A stretch of DNA of 64,000 nucleotides, taken from assembly GCF_009914755.1 (NCBI RefSeq), contig NC_060928.1; one strand, given 5' to 3'. Shown here in pieces: positions 48,050 through 64,000 of the stretch (the stretch's first letter is position 1; each line of letters opens with the position of its first letter). The notes below the pieces were generated by a model that searched no databases, was not told where the DNA came from, and saw only the letters and a list, made by a program, of their open reading frames with translations. The DNA is from the human T2T-CHM13v2.0 reference genome, Homo sapiens. A program made the position numbers and the translations under genes.

Positions 48050-48527
48050 CCACAGCAATACTGTGTAACAACCTAACAAAACACTCCAATGGCATATGAC
48101 AATAAACATTTCTTTTCGTTTATGAGTCTGGGTTAGCTGAGTGGTGCTACTGATCTGCTCCATTTAGTTTATTGTGGCTAAGCTTGTTCATTTGTCTGTG
48201 GGCAGCTTGCAGATCAATTGAGGGTTTGCTAATTTAGGATGATCTTGGCCTCACTTTCTCATTTGTGATCTATACAGTCTCACATTCTCTAAGTTAGCCC
48301 AGGTTTTTTCATAATGTCACAGGCAGGGGCTGAACAGAGACAATAGAAGTGTGTGGGCTCTTTTGAGGCCCTGGCTCAGAAATGGAATTTCAACACTTGT
48401 GCTTCATTCTGGTGGTCACAGTAAAATCTATCCTGAATTCTAAATGGGAGGCAATTAAAAGTTGCAGGGGAAATGTTGGATGCAGGGAGGCTATAAATTA
48501 GAACCATTAAGTAATCAATCTACCACA
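48050..48527 (-). mobile_element. Old MLT1 (I/J-like) LTR
   Basis: AATACTGTGTAACAAC...CAATAAACATTT...AATCTACCACA. Confidence 0.65.
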
Positions 48528-48636
48528 GTGGCCATGTAGGAAAGTACAAAAATTAACATAAGCCTCATAATACATAACCAGAGATCAGATCTATACATGA
48601 TTATTTTCCTCCTTGAGAAGTCCTGCTGTATAACAT

Positions 48637-48998
48637 TGTCTTAGTCTATTTGGTGTGCTATAACAAAAATTCCATAGACGGCTTATAAGCAACAGAAATT
48701 TACTTCTCATAGGTCTGGAGACTGGGAGCACCAAGATAATGGTGCCAGCAGATCCAGTGTTAGGCAAGGGCCCACTTCCTGATTGATAGATGCCAGCTTC
48801 TCACTTTGTCCTCACATGGTGGAAAGGACAAGGAAGTTCTGTAGTGCCCCTTTAATAAAGGCGCTACTCCCATTCATGAAGGCTCTGCCATCATAACTTA
48901 ATCACCCACCAAAGGCCTCACCTCCTACTGCCTTCACATTGAGGGTTAGGATTTCAACATACAATTTTCGGAAGAGCCCACACATTCAGTCTACAGCA
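48637..48998 (-). mobile_element. MLT1A/MSTD-like solo LTR
   Basis: TGTCTTAGTCTATTTGGTGTGCTATAACA...ACATTCAGTCTACAGCA; TSD AACAT / ATCAT. Confidence 0.88.
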
Positions 48999-51602
48999 AT
49001 CATATTCTGCTATAGCCAACATTTAAAATTTCTTTAAGGCAAAATTTCTAAGATTCTTGGCATGTTAGAGGTGTTGTTACCTAAATTCACTGCCGGTAGT
49101 AAATAGCAAGAGGAAACCACAACTCTTCATTTTGGAAATACACCAGGCAGCCCCGATAAGCAGCAGGGCAAGAACCGACTGAAACAGATGTTAATGGGAG
49201 AGAGATGCACATTTTGCAATGAATCGAAGCACAGATGATTCCTCCTACACCAGGTAAAAAAAGATAAGAGCTGCAGTTTAGAGGAGACAGTATCCTCCCA
49301 GCAGAGTCGTGTGCTTTTTGAACTAAAGCCAAAAAACATAAATTGAGTGGAATTTTGTATAAATGTCAGGTTGTTTTGATTTATTAACCACTCTTATTTA
49401 TCCAAGTTAAAATTCTCGTGAAGGAGCTCATATTTCCTTTTTGTAGTTGATCTGAGAACACATTAAGATGTGGGAGAGGGGGAGAAATGAAAAGTATTTA
49501 TCCAGTCTATCCCACAAAATCAATCCCTTTTTAAATCCATGTCAGTAAAACCATCTGGTAAAGCCATCACTTGACATGTTGTTTTTATTAACATTATCTC
49601 TGTGAATAAAGATAAACATATATAGAGCATAGAGAATAAACCCAGCCATAGAAAAAGCCCACACACTAGGTTTTAAAAATATGTATGATCAAAATAAATG
49701 GAAAATTTGATTCATTTAAAAAAATGTACCTTATTTTCTGTCAAAGTTCACATCTTATTAGAATATTAACTTCTTAAAAATGTAGCTATATTCAGAATAA
49801 TTCTATTAAAATTTTAGCTTCATCTAGTGTGATGATATCTGTCATTTCCAACCCTCTGACTTTTCTCCTGCATTAAACTTTCTGTAGTATACTTCAGATT
49901 CTGGATTTCATCCTTCCGGTTTGAACCCATTTTTTTGTCCATGGTTAGCGGTAATGATTTTAGATACTCTCATCTCTGCACCTTATGCCTCCCAGTCAAT
50001 CAAAGAATTTACAGTATTATATAAATACCTCTTTAATATTTTTAGAGGATGGTAAGAATAGTAGTTATTTCAACAGCCTGTTAGCAGGTTCTTGGAGACA
50101 AAACTTATATGAAAGCCCTGCACACTGCTATCACCAACTGCAACAGAAGGCTAAATTTATTTCCAAATTACCGAAAATCAATTGGTCTATTATCCTTGAA
50201 TATATCATATTTGCCTATTCTTGAAAACCCAGGAATACTTTTATAAACTTATTATTAGTGTCCATTACATTCAAGAAATCACCAAAATTCTGTTGATTCA
50301 ATTCTAAAATATGTCTTAAATCTATTAACTCTTTTTCATACTCAAGCCTACTGCCTCTGTTGAGGACTAGTTTTTTTTTTTTTTCCCCCACAATGTTCAC
50401 CAGTCTTTTGCCTTGACATCCAGCCTTTTGTCCTGCTCCCATCCCAATCTCCAGCTTAGTACTCATACTTCCATCTATGTTAACTCAACTTCGTTTAAAA
50501 TTGCTTTAAGGGCCCCTTCAATTCCTCATAGCCCACTGGATAAAATGCAAACTCCTTGAATATGGGACCCTAACATGCCTTATTCAACTATGTGGTTTCA
50601 TTTTCTACTTCAGTGCCTGGCACTGTGAAGATAGTCAAGGTGTGATTGAGAAATGAAACAAATGGTTTAAAATTGGAACAGATGGCTGTTTGTTGAGGAG
50701 GTTAAGAAGTATTCCACTGTTGTCATAGTAGCAGGGAGTCTTATTTGCAGAGTTAACTTGTATGTGAATTAGCAGACTCACAGGTCATGTGAGTAGTTGA
50801 AGGAAGCTCATTTTCATTTTGCCAATCATATGCGAAAAATCAGTACAGGTGACAAAAAGACAGGAAAAAATTTCCTACTGTTTTTTAAATGTGAAATTTA
50901 GGAGAATTTCAACAGTTGAATTCTCAAGAAAACAATGATGACAAATTACAAGGGAATTGACAATCGTTTTTATCTGCAGAATATAAATGTGACAGAAGAA
51001 CACTTAGACACATACTATGAGACCACCTAATGATGTGAAAGAATGGCAGAAAATTGGCCCCCTTAACTAAATGTATTTCTGGAATCTCTTCATGTGGCAC
51101 TACCCTACTTTTGCCTTCTCACTAACTTCTGAAGACATGGCTATCAGCAATAAAAAAGTCAATTCCTATGAAATAATTATCAGCAGATGATGTTTTTTCA
51201 TACCCAAGTGGATAAGACTGATAATATTTTATATATAATTATACACAAAATAGTTATTACCACCAATCTCAGAAATGAGTTCAATAAAATAAGACATTTT
51301 GTCTGATATTTTAGATCCTATGATACTTTTAAAGTAGGAGTGACTTACGTAATCCTCTCTCTGATTTAATTAGGTAGAATAATCAGAATACGGGGATATA
51401 GAGATGCATTATCTCTTGTTCTAGATCTTTTCATTAAATATGTCATGTACAAATGATTCACCTTCTCATTAAAAGAATCTCTTCTCTATGTGAGTGAGAA
51501 AAGTATCTTGTGCCAAATGTGCAGCTTACAGAATTTCTAAAAGTATTAAGGGACCATGGACTATGTACTAGAATATTTAATTCCTTGTTAGAGAATAACT
51601 GA

Positions 51603-52017
<415 letters not shown>

Positions 52018-52026
52018 TGAACTCTT

Positions 52027-55391
<3,365 letters not shown>

Positions 55392-55446
55392 GTTGGCCTG
55401 AACTCTTAATAACACTTTAAGATACCAACTGTGTCATTAAGCTAAA

Positions 55447-55758
55447 TTTTGTTGTTGTTGTTGTTGTTGTTGTTGTTTGATGGAGTCTCGCTCTGTCTCC
55501 CAGAGTGGAGTTCAGTGATGTGATCTCGGCTCACTGCAGCCTCTGCCTCCCAGGTTCCAGTAATTCTCCTGCCTCAGCCTCCTGAGTAGCTGGGATTACA
55601 GGCATGTGCCACCACCCCCAGATAATTTTTGTATTTTTAGTAGAGATGGGGTTTCACCATGTTGGCTAGGCTGGTCTCGAACTCCTGCCCTCAAGAGATC
55701 TGCCTGCCTTGGCCTCCCAAAGTGCTAAGATTACAGGCCTTAGCCACCGCATCTGGCC
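55447..55758 (-). mobile_element. AluS with (GTT)n tail
   Basis: Full dimer; degenerate TSD TAAGCTAAATTT / TAAGATAAAATTT. Confidence 0.96.
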
Positions 55759-56026
55759 TAAGATAAAATTTAACACCAAAATGGCTCCAGTTGTTCCTAG
55801 CTCATGGTCAATGCCTTACAGAGGCATTGATATGGGTGAAAAGGTGTATTCCAAATTAAACAAGCAGCCAGGCTGAAGATGTGTTTCACGGATTCAGTCA
55901 AGGAATCATAAAATATTATAACTACAGTGGAACTAATTCATATTGGAAAACATTTCACCTTACAAATGATAAAATTAGGGCAGAAATGGAGGCCTTTCGA
56001 TACCAGAGCAGCTTGATTTTTTAATA

Positions 56027-56429
56027 TTGATAATATTTGAATGTTTGCATTCCTTCCAAAATTCATGTTGATATTTAATCTTCAATGTAGCAGTATTAAG
56101 AAGTGAACCTTTTGGAGGTAATTAAGCAGAGACCTAAATAGATGGGGTTAGCAACCTTATAAAAGGGCTGGTGGGAACTAGCTAGGCCTCTTTTGCCCTT
56201 TTTTCCTTCCACCCTTCTGCCATGTAATGATACAGTGGGTGTCCCCTCTGTAGATGCAGCAACAAGACACCAACTTGGAAGCAGAGACTAAGCCCTCACC
56301 ATACACCAAATCTGCCAGTACCTTGATCTTGGGCTTCCCATCCTCCAGAAGTATGAGAAATACATTTCTATCATTATAAATTACCCAGTCTAACATATTT
56401 TGTTACAGCAGGATGAATGAACTAAGACA
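56027..56429 (+). mobile_element. MST/MLT1A-like solo LTR
   Basis: TTTGAATGTTTG...CCAAAATTCATGTTG...ATAAATTACCCAGTCT...GAACTAAGACA. Confidence 0.88.
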
Positions 56430-58487
56430 AGTATATAATGATGCCTTTCTTGATATTTAATCATACAGCTTCTAGAACCCTGAGAAATAATCATTTAGAG
56501 GTAGCAATTCCATTTTTGATCTTTTAGAATATAAGACAAATATAAACATTGTTTGTGGTTGAAGTGCTGAGGCAAGAAAGATTATGAAATTTCAACAGGT
56601 GTAGGTAAAGGAGTGCTGTTGCGGAGTGGTGGAGGCACTTATGCCATACTTACATTTCCAGTTTTAAAGTTTTGCAATGTAGATGTGTCTCAGAGGACAC
56701 TTCTGGTGCTATCAGGAAGACAACTGAGCTAGGAATAGAAATTTAAGACAACAATTCTGGAGGAAGAGTTACCTTTAATTCACATGTTTGTTTATAGCCT
56801 TGCTAGTTATTACAACTTTAAACATATAAATTAATATCCACAAGCATTCTGGGCATGAGAGTTTGATTACTTCTGGGAACACATTTTATTGTTCTTACAT
56901 GGGTAAGGATCTGTGCTAGGGAGTGGTTCCTGACTACAGAAAGAGTAACCCGCTAAATCTGCCTCCACAGAACCTATAATCTAGTAGATGACCAAAAGAT
57001 GATTTCAAACGTCAGTGCGTTGACATGAATGCTGGTCTTTGGGGAAGCTGCCTTTTCATGTTTCCTATTAAGTTTATGCACAATTTTATATCTTCCCTGA
57101 AATGACAGTGTTAGGGGTAAGGGAAGGGAAATGACATTTACTATGCATTATCCTCAAGGATTTTGTTAGATGGCTTATGAATTGTTTTTTTTAAAATCTT
57201 TTCAATTGTAGTTCTGCAGGGTACCTATTATTATCTCCATGCTCCTGACAAGAATTGTTTAAGATTACCTAGTTAATAAATTGTACCCCACCGGTTGGAA
57301 AACCCAGAAATCTAAATTATTTCAATGAAAGGTATATAAAGATATTTAGGGAGAGAGGATGAGGCATATTATGTTTATTGGTTAGGAAGTAATATTTTCC
57401 AAAACAGTTTTTAAAAGAAGTATAAATCCTTTACAAGTTTTTACCTAAGATTTGGGAAAGTATCTACACTTCTCCCAGCAAAGAATGTTCATTTCCCAAA
57501 TACTTACAGTGTAGTACCTATCACTCTACTATGCACATTGAACATTGTGGAAATTAACATTATTTCCATTTAAAGTACATAAGTTTAGTTAAAATAAATT
57601 TAAAAGCTAATGTCTGTAAATAGAGCCATGGTTTATTTTAAAAAGTGCTGGCTATATCAAATACTGACTATAAAAATTGTTGTAGAGATGCATTAAGAAA
57701 CTTAACTATTGAAACAAAATTAGAAATAATATTAAGTCTAGCTTCAAGAGTCAACAAACTAAATTTAGGAGAAGTAGTCAAGAGTTGTCCTTTAATTGGA
57801 AATTCATTCAGGGAAATTCATTGCACTACACAGCTGTGGTCTCTTACATCTGTAGCAGCAGCAGGAACTAATACTGTTACCATAGAGAGAAGCCTAAATC
57901 TCTCTCACACCAGAAGTTAAAGGCTAGACACATGAGTTATCACTAACAAGCAAAAACAAATGTGGATGCATTTAACTACACACACACAAAAACAATCAGA
58001 ATGAGAAAATATGAAGATCTGTTTTAAAAATTATTAAGATGTTTTATGTTTTAATTTTTGTTCAATTTATGTAGACTATATAATGTACATTTTGTTCATT
58101 TCAAATAGGGTTCTGACTCCATATAAAAATGAGTAGTGGGAAAGTATTTTATATTCTCTTTATTTTAGCTAACACTAATGAGCAGTCAAGATAACTGGAT
58201 TATTAGGTCACATATAAAACATAAATTTACACTTTGAGACAGTCTATCTTAAGAGAATACGACACTGTATAGAGCATTAACATTTAAATTAATCTATATA
58301 TAGATGGGGCTTACAGCAATAACTACTACATCTGGCACAGGATTTATGCAACGTCAACTACCAAATGCAAAGACTTGGTATTGAATTGATGTAGGGAGGC
58401 AAAGGAGGTTTGGGAGATCTGGATATATTCTCTTCAAAAAAAAAAAGCTGGAATCAAATAAAAATAACTAACATCAAAGGGGAGTTC

Positions 58488-58756
58488 AGCAGATGCAATG
58501 GAAGATGCCTATAGTCCCAGGAGTTCTGGGCTGTAGAGCACTATGCTGATCAGATGTCCACACTAAATTCAGCATTAACATGGTGACCCTGTGGGGAGCT
58601 GGAGGACCACCAGGTTGCCGCAGGAGGCATGAAGTGGTCCAGGTTGGAACTGGAGCAGAACAAAACTCTGATACTGATCAGTAGTGGGATCATGCTTGTG
58701 GGTAGCAACTGCACTCAAATCCGCGAAGCACAGCAAGATCTCATTCCTTAAAAATA
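58488..58756 (+). pseudogene. 7SL (SRP RNA, RN7SL-type) retropseudogene with internal deletion
   Basis: S-domain matches: CAGGAGTTCTGGGCTGTAG, GGACCACCAGGTTGCC, AAAACTC...CTGATCAGTAGTGGGATC; A-rich 3' flank; CpGs decayed. Confidence 0.93.
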
Positions 58757-59865
58757 CAAATAAAATATTTTTTTTAAAAAAAAGAAAAATCCAATGCAAA
58801 AAAGAGATTTAAATGTGACAATTTGACGACCAAAAAAGAAAATATAAAGTAGAAATCATGGTGTATGTTTAACATTGATGGGCAGAGAAGAAAAAACAAA
58901 AACACCATTGAGAAAATATCCATTGCTTATCTTGACATCAGAAAAAAGAACTATTTTAATTTACATTACTTATAATTCTCAATTTTTGAACTTTCACTTA
59001 AAAATATTTTTGAATGCAAAGTTATTTCCTAATTAACACAACACACAAACACATACACCCTCACAAACAATTTGGGTCATATTTACATGCTTTAAAAAAG
59101 CAAAAGCTGTTATTAGATAAGTTATATTTTTTAATTTATTAGCAAAATATGAAAATTTTAGTCTTTGAATTAGATTAGTCCATCTACACTTGGTTTTTAA
59201 CATGAGCCCAGTATAAAAAGTAGTTTCAGAATCTAAGAAGTAGCTCACTGAAAAATGAAAATCAACTTGGGTGCCTTATTGTACTCATTGTAATCTCTGA
59301 GACAATTTCTTAATTTATAGATTACCAAAATCTAGAGAAAATGTCTCAAATCTTTATTGACACTGAAAAAATATACTCAAAAAAAAGGACTATGAAAGCA
59401 CAGGCAGGGCCTTCTTCTGTGTTAAAATATGTAATTTTATTTTCAATCAAGAGTTTCAAGTCCATTCTGAATTTTCTGAGTAATAGTACAAATTTAAACT
59501 TCTACAAAATAAGACCTCTAAAAATATCATTTAATTTGATTAGATCTTGCATCATCTTATGTCTATTTTAATTAGATTTAACTTGAAAAAGGTATTTTTT
59601 CTCCTTCTTCTTGACTCCTCTTTCTCTAACACCCTTTAAGCATAAGTGAGAGTAATAATTTATATATATACAGTTTACGTATATATAGCTTTTTAGCATT
59701 TTTACAAAGTACTTTTACTGATATATGAAATTCAAAAACATTTTTCATTGGCTCTCTTGTTTGAGAATACTTTCAGATTTTTTGTTTTTTAATGTTTCAA
59801 GTGCATCTCTGTCAATGATATGCTCTACTAAATCTCTTCTTCTGAACTCATCCTTAATTCTACAG

Positions 59866-60045
59866 TAGCGCTGGTTAATAGAACTTTCTATAATGTTAGA
59901 AATTGTTTCTATCCACACTGTTCAGAGTATCCACTAAGTATATGTGGCTTTTGAGCACGTACTATGTGGTTAGTGCAGCTAAGAAACCAAATTTTAAATT
60001 TAAATGGCCACACGTGGCTAGTGGGTACAGTATTAGACAATACAG
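59866..60045. mobile_element. MER3-like hAT-Charlie MITE
   Basis: AGCGCTGGTTAATAGAACTTTC...GCCACACGTGGCTAGTGGGTACAGTATTAGACA. Confidence 0.8.
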
Positions 60046-61042
60046 TCATAAAGGTTTAATTCTGAAGTGACTGTTAAATTTCTTATGGCTACCACAGAAA
60101 ACTCTCAATTTTAATATATCCGAATCTAAATATTCATCTCTGCCAATGCACCCACTCTTCTCTCACCATCAAAAACTATACACACATTTACTGCTTTCTC
60201 TCTGTCCCTCCCTGTCTCTTTCACTTTTACAGAAACATGCACAGGAATGACGACAAAACTGGTTTTTTTCTTTTCAGTATTACTCCTTAAATAGTTATTC
60301 CTCCATCCTTGTTATCATCCAGGTTTGATACCTCAGACAACTTCAATCATTCCCTGTTTCTCAACCAGCTTCATTAGTTTCTGTTTCTCAGACACTATAT
60401 CAAATTATACACCATTCCCCAATTATGTTTTCCTCAACCATATACTTAGTGCAAACTTTTGATATTTGTCATATTTCAGTGATCAACTCTTTATTATTCA
60501 GAACATCATCACCTCTGCTTGGATTTCTGAAGTATTACATTTTCTTGGAAGTTTAAGAGTAGAAGCTCTGTCTGCCTAAATTATATACTTTAAGGTATAT
60601 TAATTATCCTCTTGCCTAATATGAACTAAAAGGAGGTAAACAGTATTTTTCTTTCCCTTGTCATTGTTAAACTATGTTTATGATTACTTAAACCATGTTT
60701 AATAAGCAACATGAAGTTCCCTTTGTGTTTGTTTGTTTTGCTACTGTATTCCCCCTCTCTGGTCTCATGTAGTCTTGCTGGGAATATCAATTAAGACTTT
60801 ATACTCCTCTGGCTTAAGGGTGACCATGTGACTCCTGGGATTTGGGTCAAAGGTGGAAAGATACAATGGCAAAAGTGTTGGACAGAATTACAGAATTAAT
60901 TCCTCAGGACCATGAAAAGATAAATATTTAATTCTCACCCTTTTCTAACCTTCATCATCAGTTTTTCTTTTAATCCTGTGATTGCAACGCAATCTTTATA
61001 AGTTCTTATTAAACTTAGGCTCCCAGTATTCCTACTAATTAA

Positions 61043-61095
61043 AACACATACAGGCATACACACACACATACACACACACACACAGAGAGAGAGAG
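61043..61095. repeat. Imperfect (CA)n(GA)n microsatellite
   Basis: Direct inspection. Confidence 0.9.
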
Positions 61096-61689
61096 AAAAA
61101 ATGAGATCACAATTAAACATTAAAATCATATAAAGAACAAAAACACCATGAGGATTATTCCAACCCTAAAGCCAAAAAATAAATTGTATCCTAAATGGGA
61201 ACATTTTAATAAAATGACATTGCATTGAATATAAAAATAATAAAGTAGAAAACAGATTCCCAAGAAATGTCAATTAGATAAGTAGCAGAATTCTGTAAAT
61301 GTCAGAAAAAATAATATCATCATCTTTGTAGGGTAAAGAATTTTCAATCCATATTCTATTACCAGATAAGTTTTAGTAGGTAAATTCTATAAGCAGCTAA
61401 GAGTGAGAAAAAAATTAATGACTTTTTAATAAGAACAAACACAATTCAAAACTTACCTATAGATTTCTAGATTGTGTTTTTTTCTCCTCTAATTCATTAC
61501 TTTAGAAAAGTATTGAACTCTCTGTCTCCCTGATTATTTTATGACCACAGGTGCTTAAAATGACTGAAACTATTGTATATCATTGTATTGTGCGGCTAGT
61601 GATTTTGAACAATGCTGCCTCTTCTTAATAGAATTCCTACCGTTTATCTGTGACTTATTTTTCTTCCCAACCTTCCCAACCCCTGTTTG

Positions 61690-62030
61690 ATCATCCTGTA
61701 ATTGTCCCCATCTCAGTGAAGGTAATTCAATTTTTTCATGCTCAAGCTGGTGTCATCCTTTTCTCCACACCTAATACCCTAATCTGTCAGCAAATCCTTC
61801 CTGCTCTGCTTTGAAATATATCCAGAATCTGCCTGCTTTTCACTACCTCCACACCATTACAACTGACCTAGTCACATAATTTTTTTACCTAGAACTTTGA
61901 GGTGGGCAATAACTGGTCTCCTTTCTGTCATATCGGTCCCACACATGACTGTGAGAGGGATCCTTTTAATCTGTGGCTTGATGGTTGAATCAGCTTGGAA
62001 AAAATTCTCCCAGAGCCCTTATCTTTCAAA
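61690..62030 (+). mobile_element. L2 fragment
   Basis: GTCATCCTT...AATCTGTCAGCAAATCCT...AAATATATCCAGAATCTG...CACTACCTCCAC. Confidence 0.7.
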
Positions 62031-62480
62031 CACTGCTTCTACTCAATAATTTGTGACTCCAAAATATGCAAATGTTAGAAGTTTTCATCATGTCTGTAAG
62101 GTCTCTTATACTCATTTCAGTATTTTCTATCTTCTTAATTCTTCAGACTTCCACCTGAACATTTCAACTTGTCTTACGATCATGTTGAGTAACCCTCTCT
62201 TCCTGTGCTTAATCTTCTGGTAAATCCTTTATCAGGATCTTAATTTTAATTTTAACTGTAACATTTTTTTCTGTTGTAAAAATTTAATTTTTAAAAAATA
62301 ATAGTTTTTTTAAAATTGTGTAATTCTTCCACTTACAATCTATTTTTTTGAACATAAAATTTCACAATTATTTTTAAATTCGTACACTGTAAGTCTAACA
62401 ACTGGGTCCTGTAGGAATCTGATTCTTTTGTCTGCTTTTTATTTCTTGGCTTCTATTTCTAGATACGCCTTACAATTGTT

Positions 62481-62786
<306 letters not shown>

Positions 62787-64000
62787 ACAATTCTTGATTA
62801 AACACTGAGCATTGTTTATGAAAATTTTTGAGAATCTACATGATTTTATGTTATGGCAGGAATAGTTCACCTCGTCGTCTAGTAAGAACTTTGCAAAGTT
62901 TGTTTCCATCTGATTCACGGAACTCTAGAAATTCCAGCAGAGAGCTTGCAATGTTTAATAGTGCCCTTTTATGGGGGCGAGGTGCAGGACCTACTTCATT
63001 ATCATAAGACAGTCATATATCTATTCTGCTTTTTAGTGGTGCCTTGCATTTTATCCTCATGCCCTGCAGCTGAAGAATCTGTCAAATATCTTCAGTGAAA
63101 ATGGCAGAAGGTCATTTTCACTCTATGAAGTTTTTTTTCTCTCTGAGATCATAGTTTGTTGTTGTTGTTTGTAACTGATTTTTCTAGTTTTTCATGATAT
63201 AAGTCTTGTCTCCTACAAGGATTTCTATCTTAAGAAGTGAAAGTCTTCTTCATGAAGCCTTTTAAAATGCATGTGATAAGGCCATTCTTTTGCTCAGCAT
63301 CCTTGAGTGACTTTCAGTTTCACTCAGGGTAAAACCAAACTACCGAGCACATCCAAAAAGCAAATACATCAAATTTTCCCTGGCTACATTTTGACCTCAT
63401 CTACTGCTCCTTGATCTACTCTGTGACAGCCACTTTAGCTTCCTCGCACTTCCAAAACACTAAGCACACATCTACATTAAATCCTTTGCATTCATTATGC
63501 ATTTGTTTACTATACTCAGATTTCATGATAACAGCAAAGTGTTCCCTTGTCACCTCCAATAAGATAGCAATACATATCAGTCAGAGTTCATTTGGAAAAG
63601 CAGAGTCACCAGGGTACATGCACTGACTCAAATATATACACATCCCTACAATAAAATGGTTGTTACGGGGATTTGGGTTTGCAGGATTGTAGGATCTGGT
63701 TAACCAGTTTGTGTGAGGCTTTTGCTTCTGTACCTGGTGTTAGATTCTGAAGATAGCAAGGCAGTCAGTCAGAAAGGTAAGGTGGACGTGAAGTGAGGCA
63801 GACAAGAACCAGTTGCAACCTGTGAAAATGGGCAAGAAACCAAAAGATAGACTGGAATCTATGAAGACAAATTACAACGTGTTTTACCACCTCCTATCTT
63901 CCCACTTTGGAAATGTCAGTGTTTAACAGGAAATACTGGCACCCTTCCTCAAATAGCTGAACACAAACCTCAGCCAAAAATTGTAGAACTGAACGGGGAA

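Overview
AT-rich, CpG-poor, repeat-dense primate genomic DNA; a human-specific L1HS diagnostic indicates it is human. It is intergenic or deep-intronic. No host protein-coding gene can be supported: the long ORFs are L1 ORF2 remnants or Alu/LTR-derived. The window holds about 12 Alu-type elements, several L1s, many solo LTRs (THE1, MLT1/MST, MER4, MER50, MER57, LTR12), a two-LTR MST provirus, DNA-transposon fossils and a 7SL pseudogene. Four things stand out. (1) A ~176-bp, ~90%-identical inverted duplication of apparently non-repeat DNA (44795-44970 / 46050-46225) carries mirror-image exon-like cassettes and a junctional micro-duplication. (2) A pre-Ta L1HS nested in an older L1 carries what look like serial 3' transductions. 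(3) A near-perfect recursive-splice-site motif lies at 31088/31089. (4) An L1 target-site duplication copied the head of an Alu. Subfamily names come from remembered consensus sequences and need RepeatMasker/Dfam confirmation; boundaries of old repeats are approximate.
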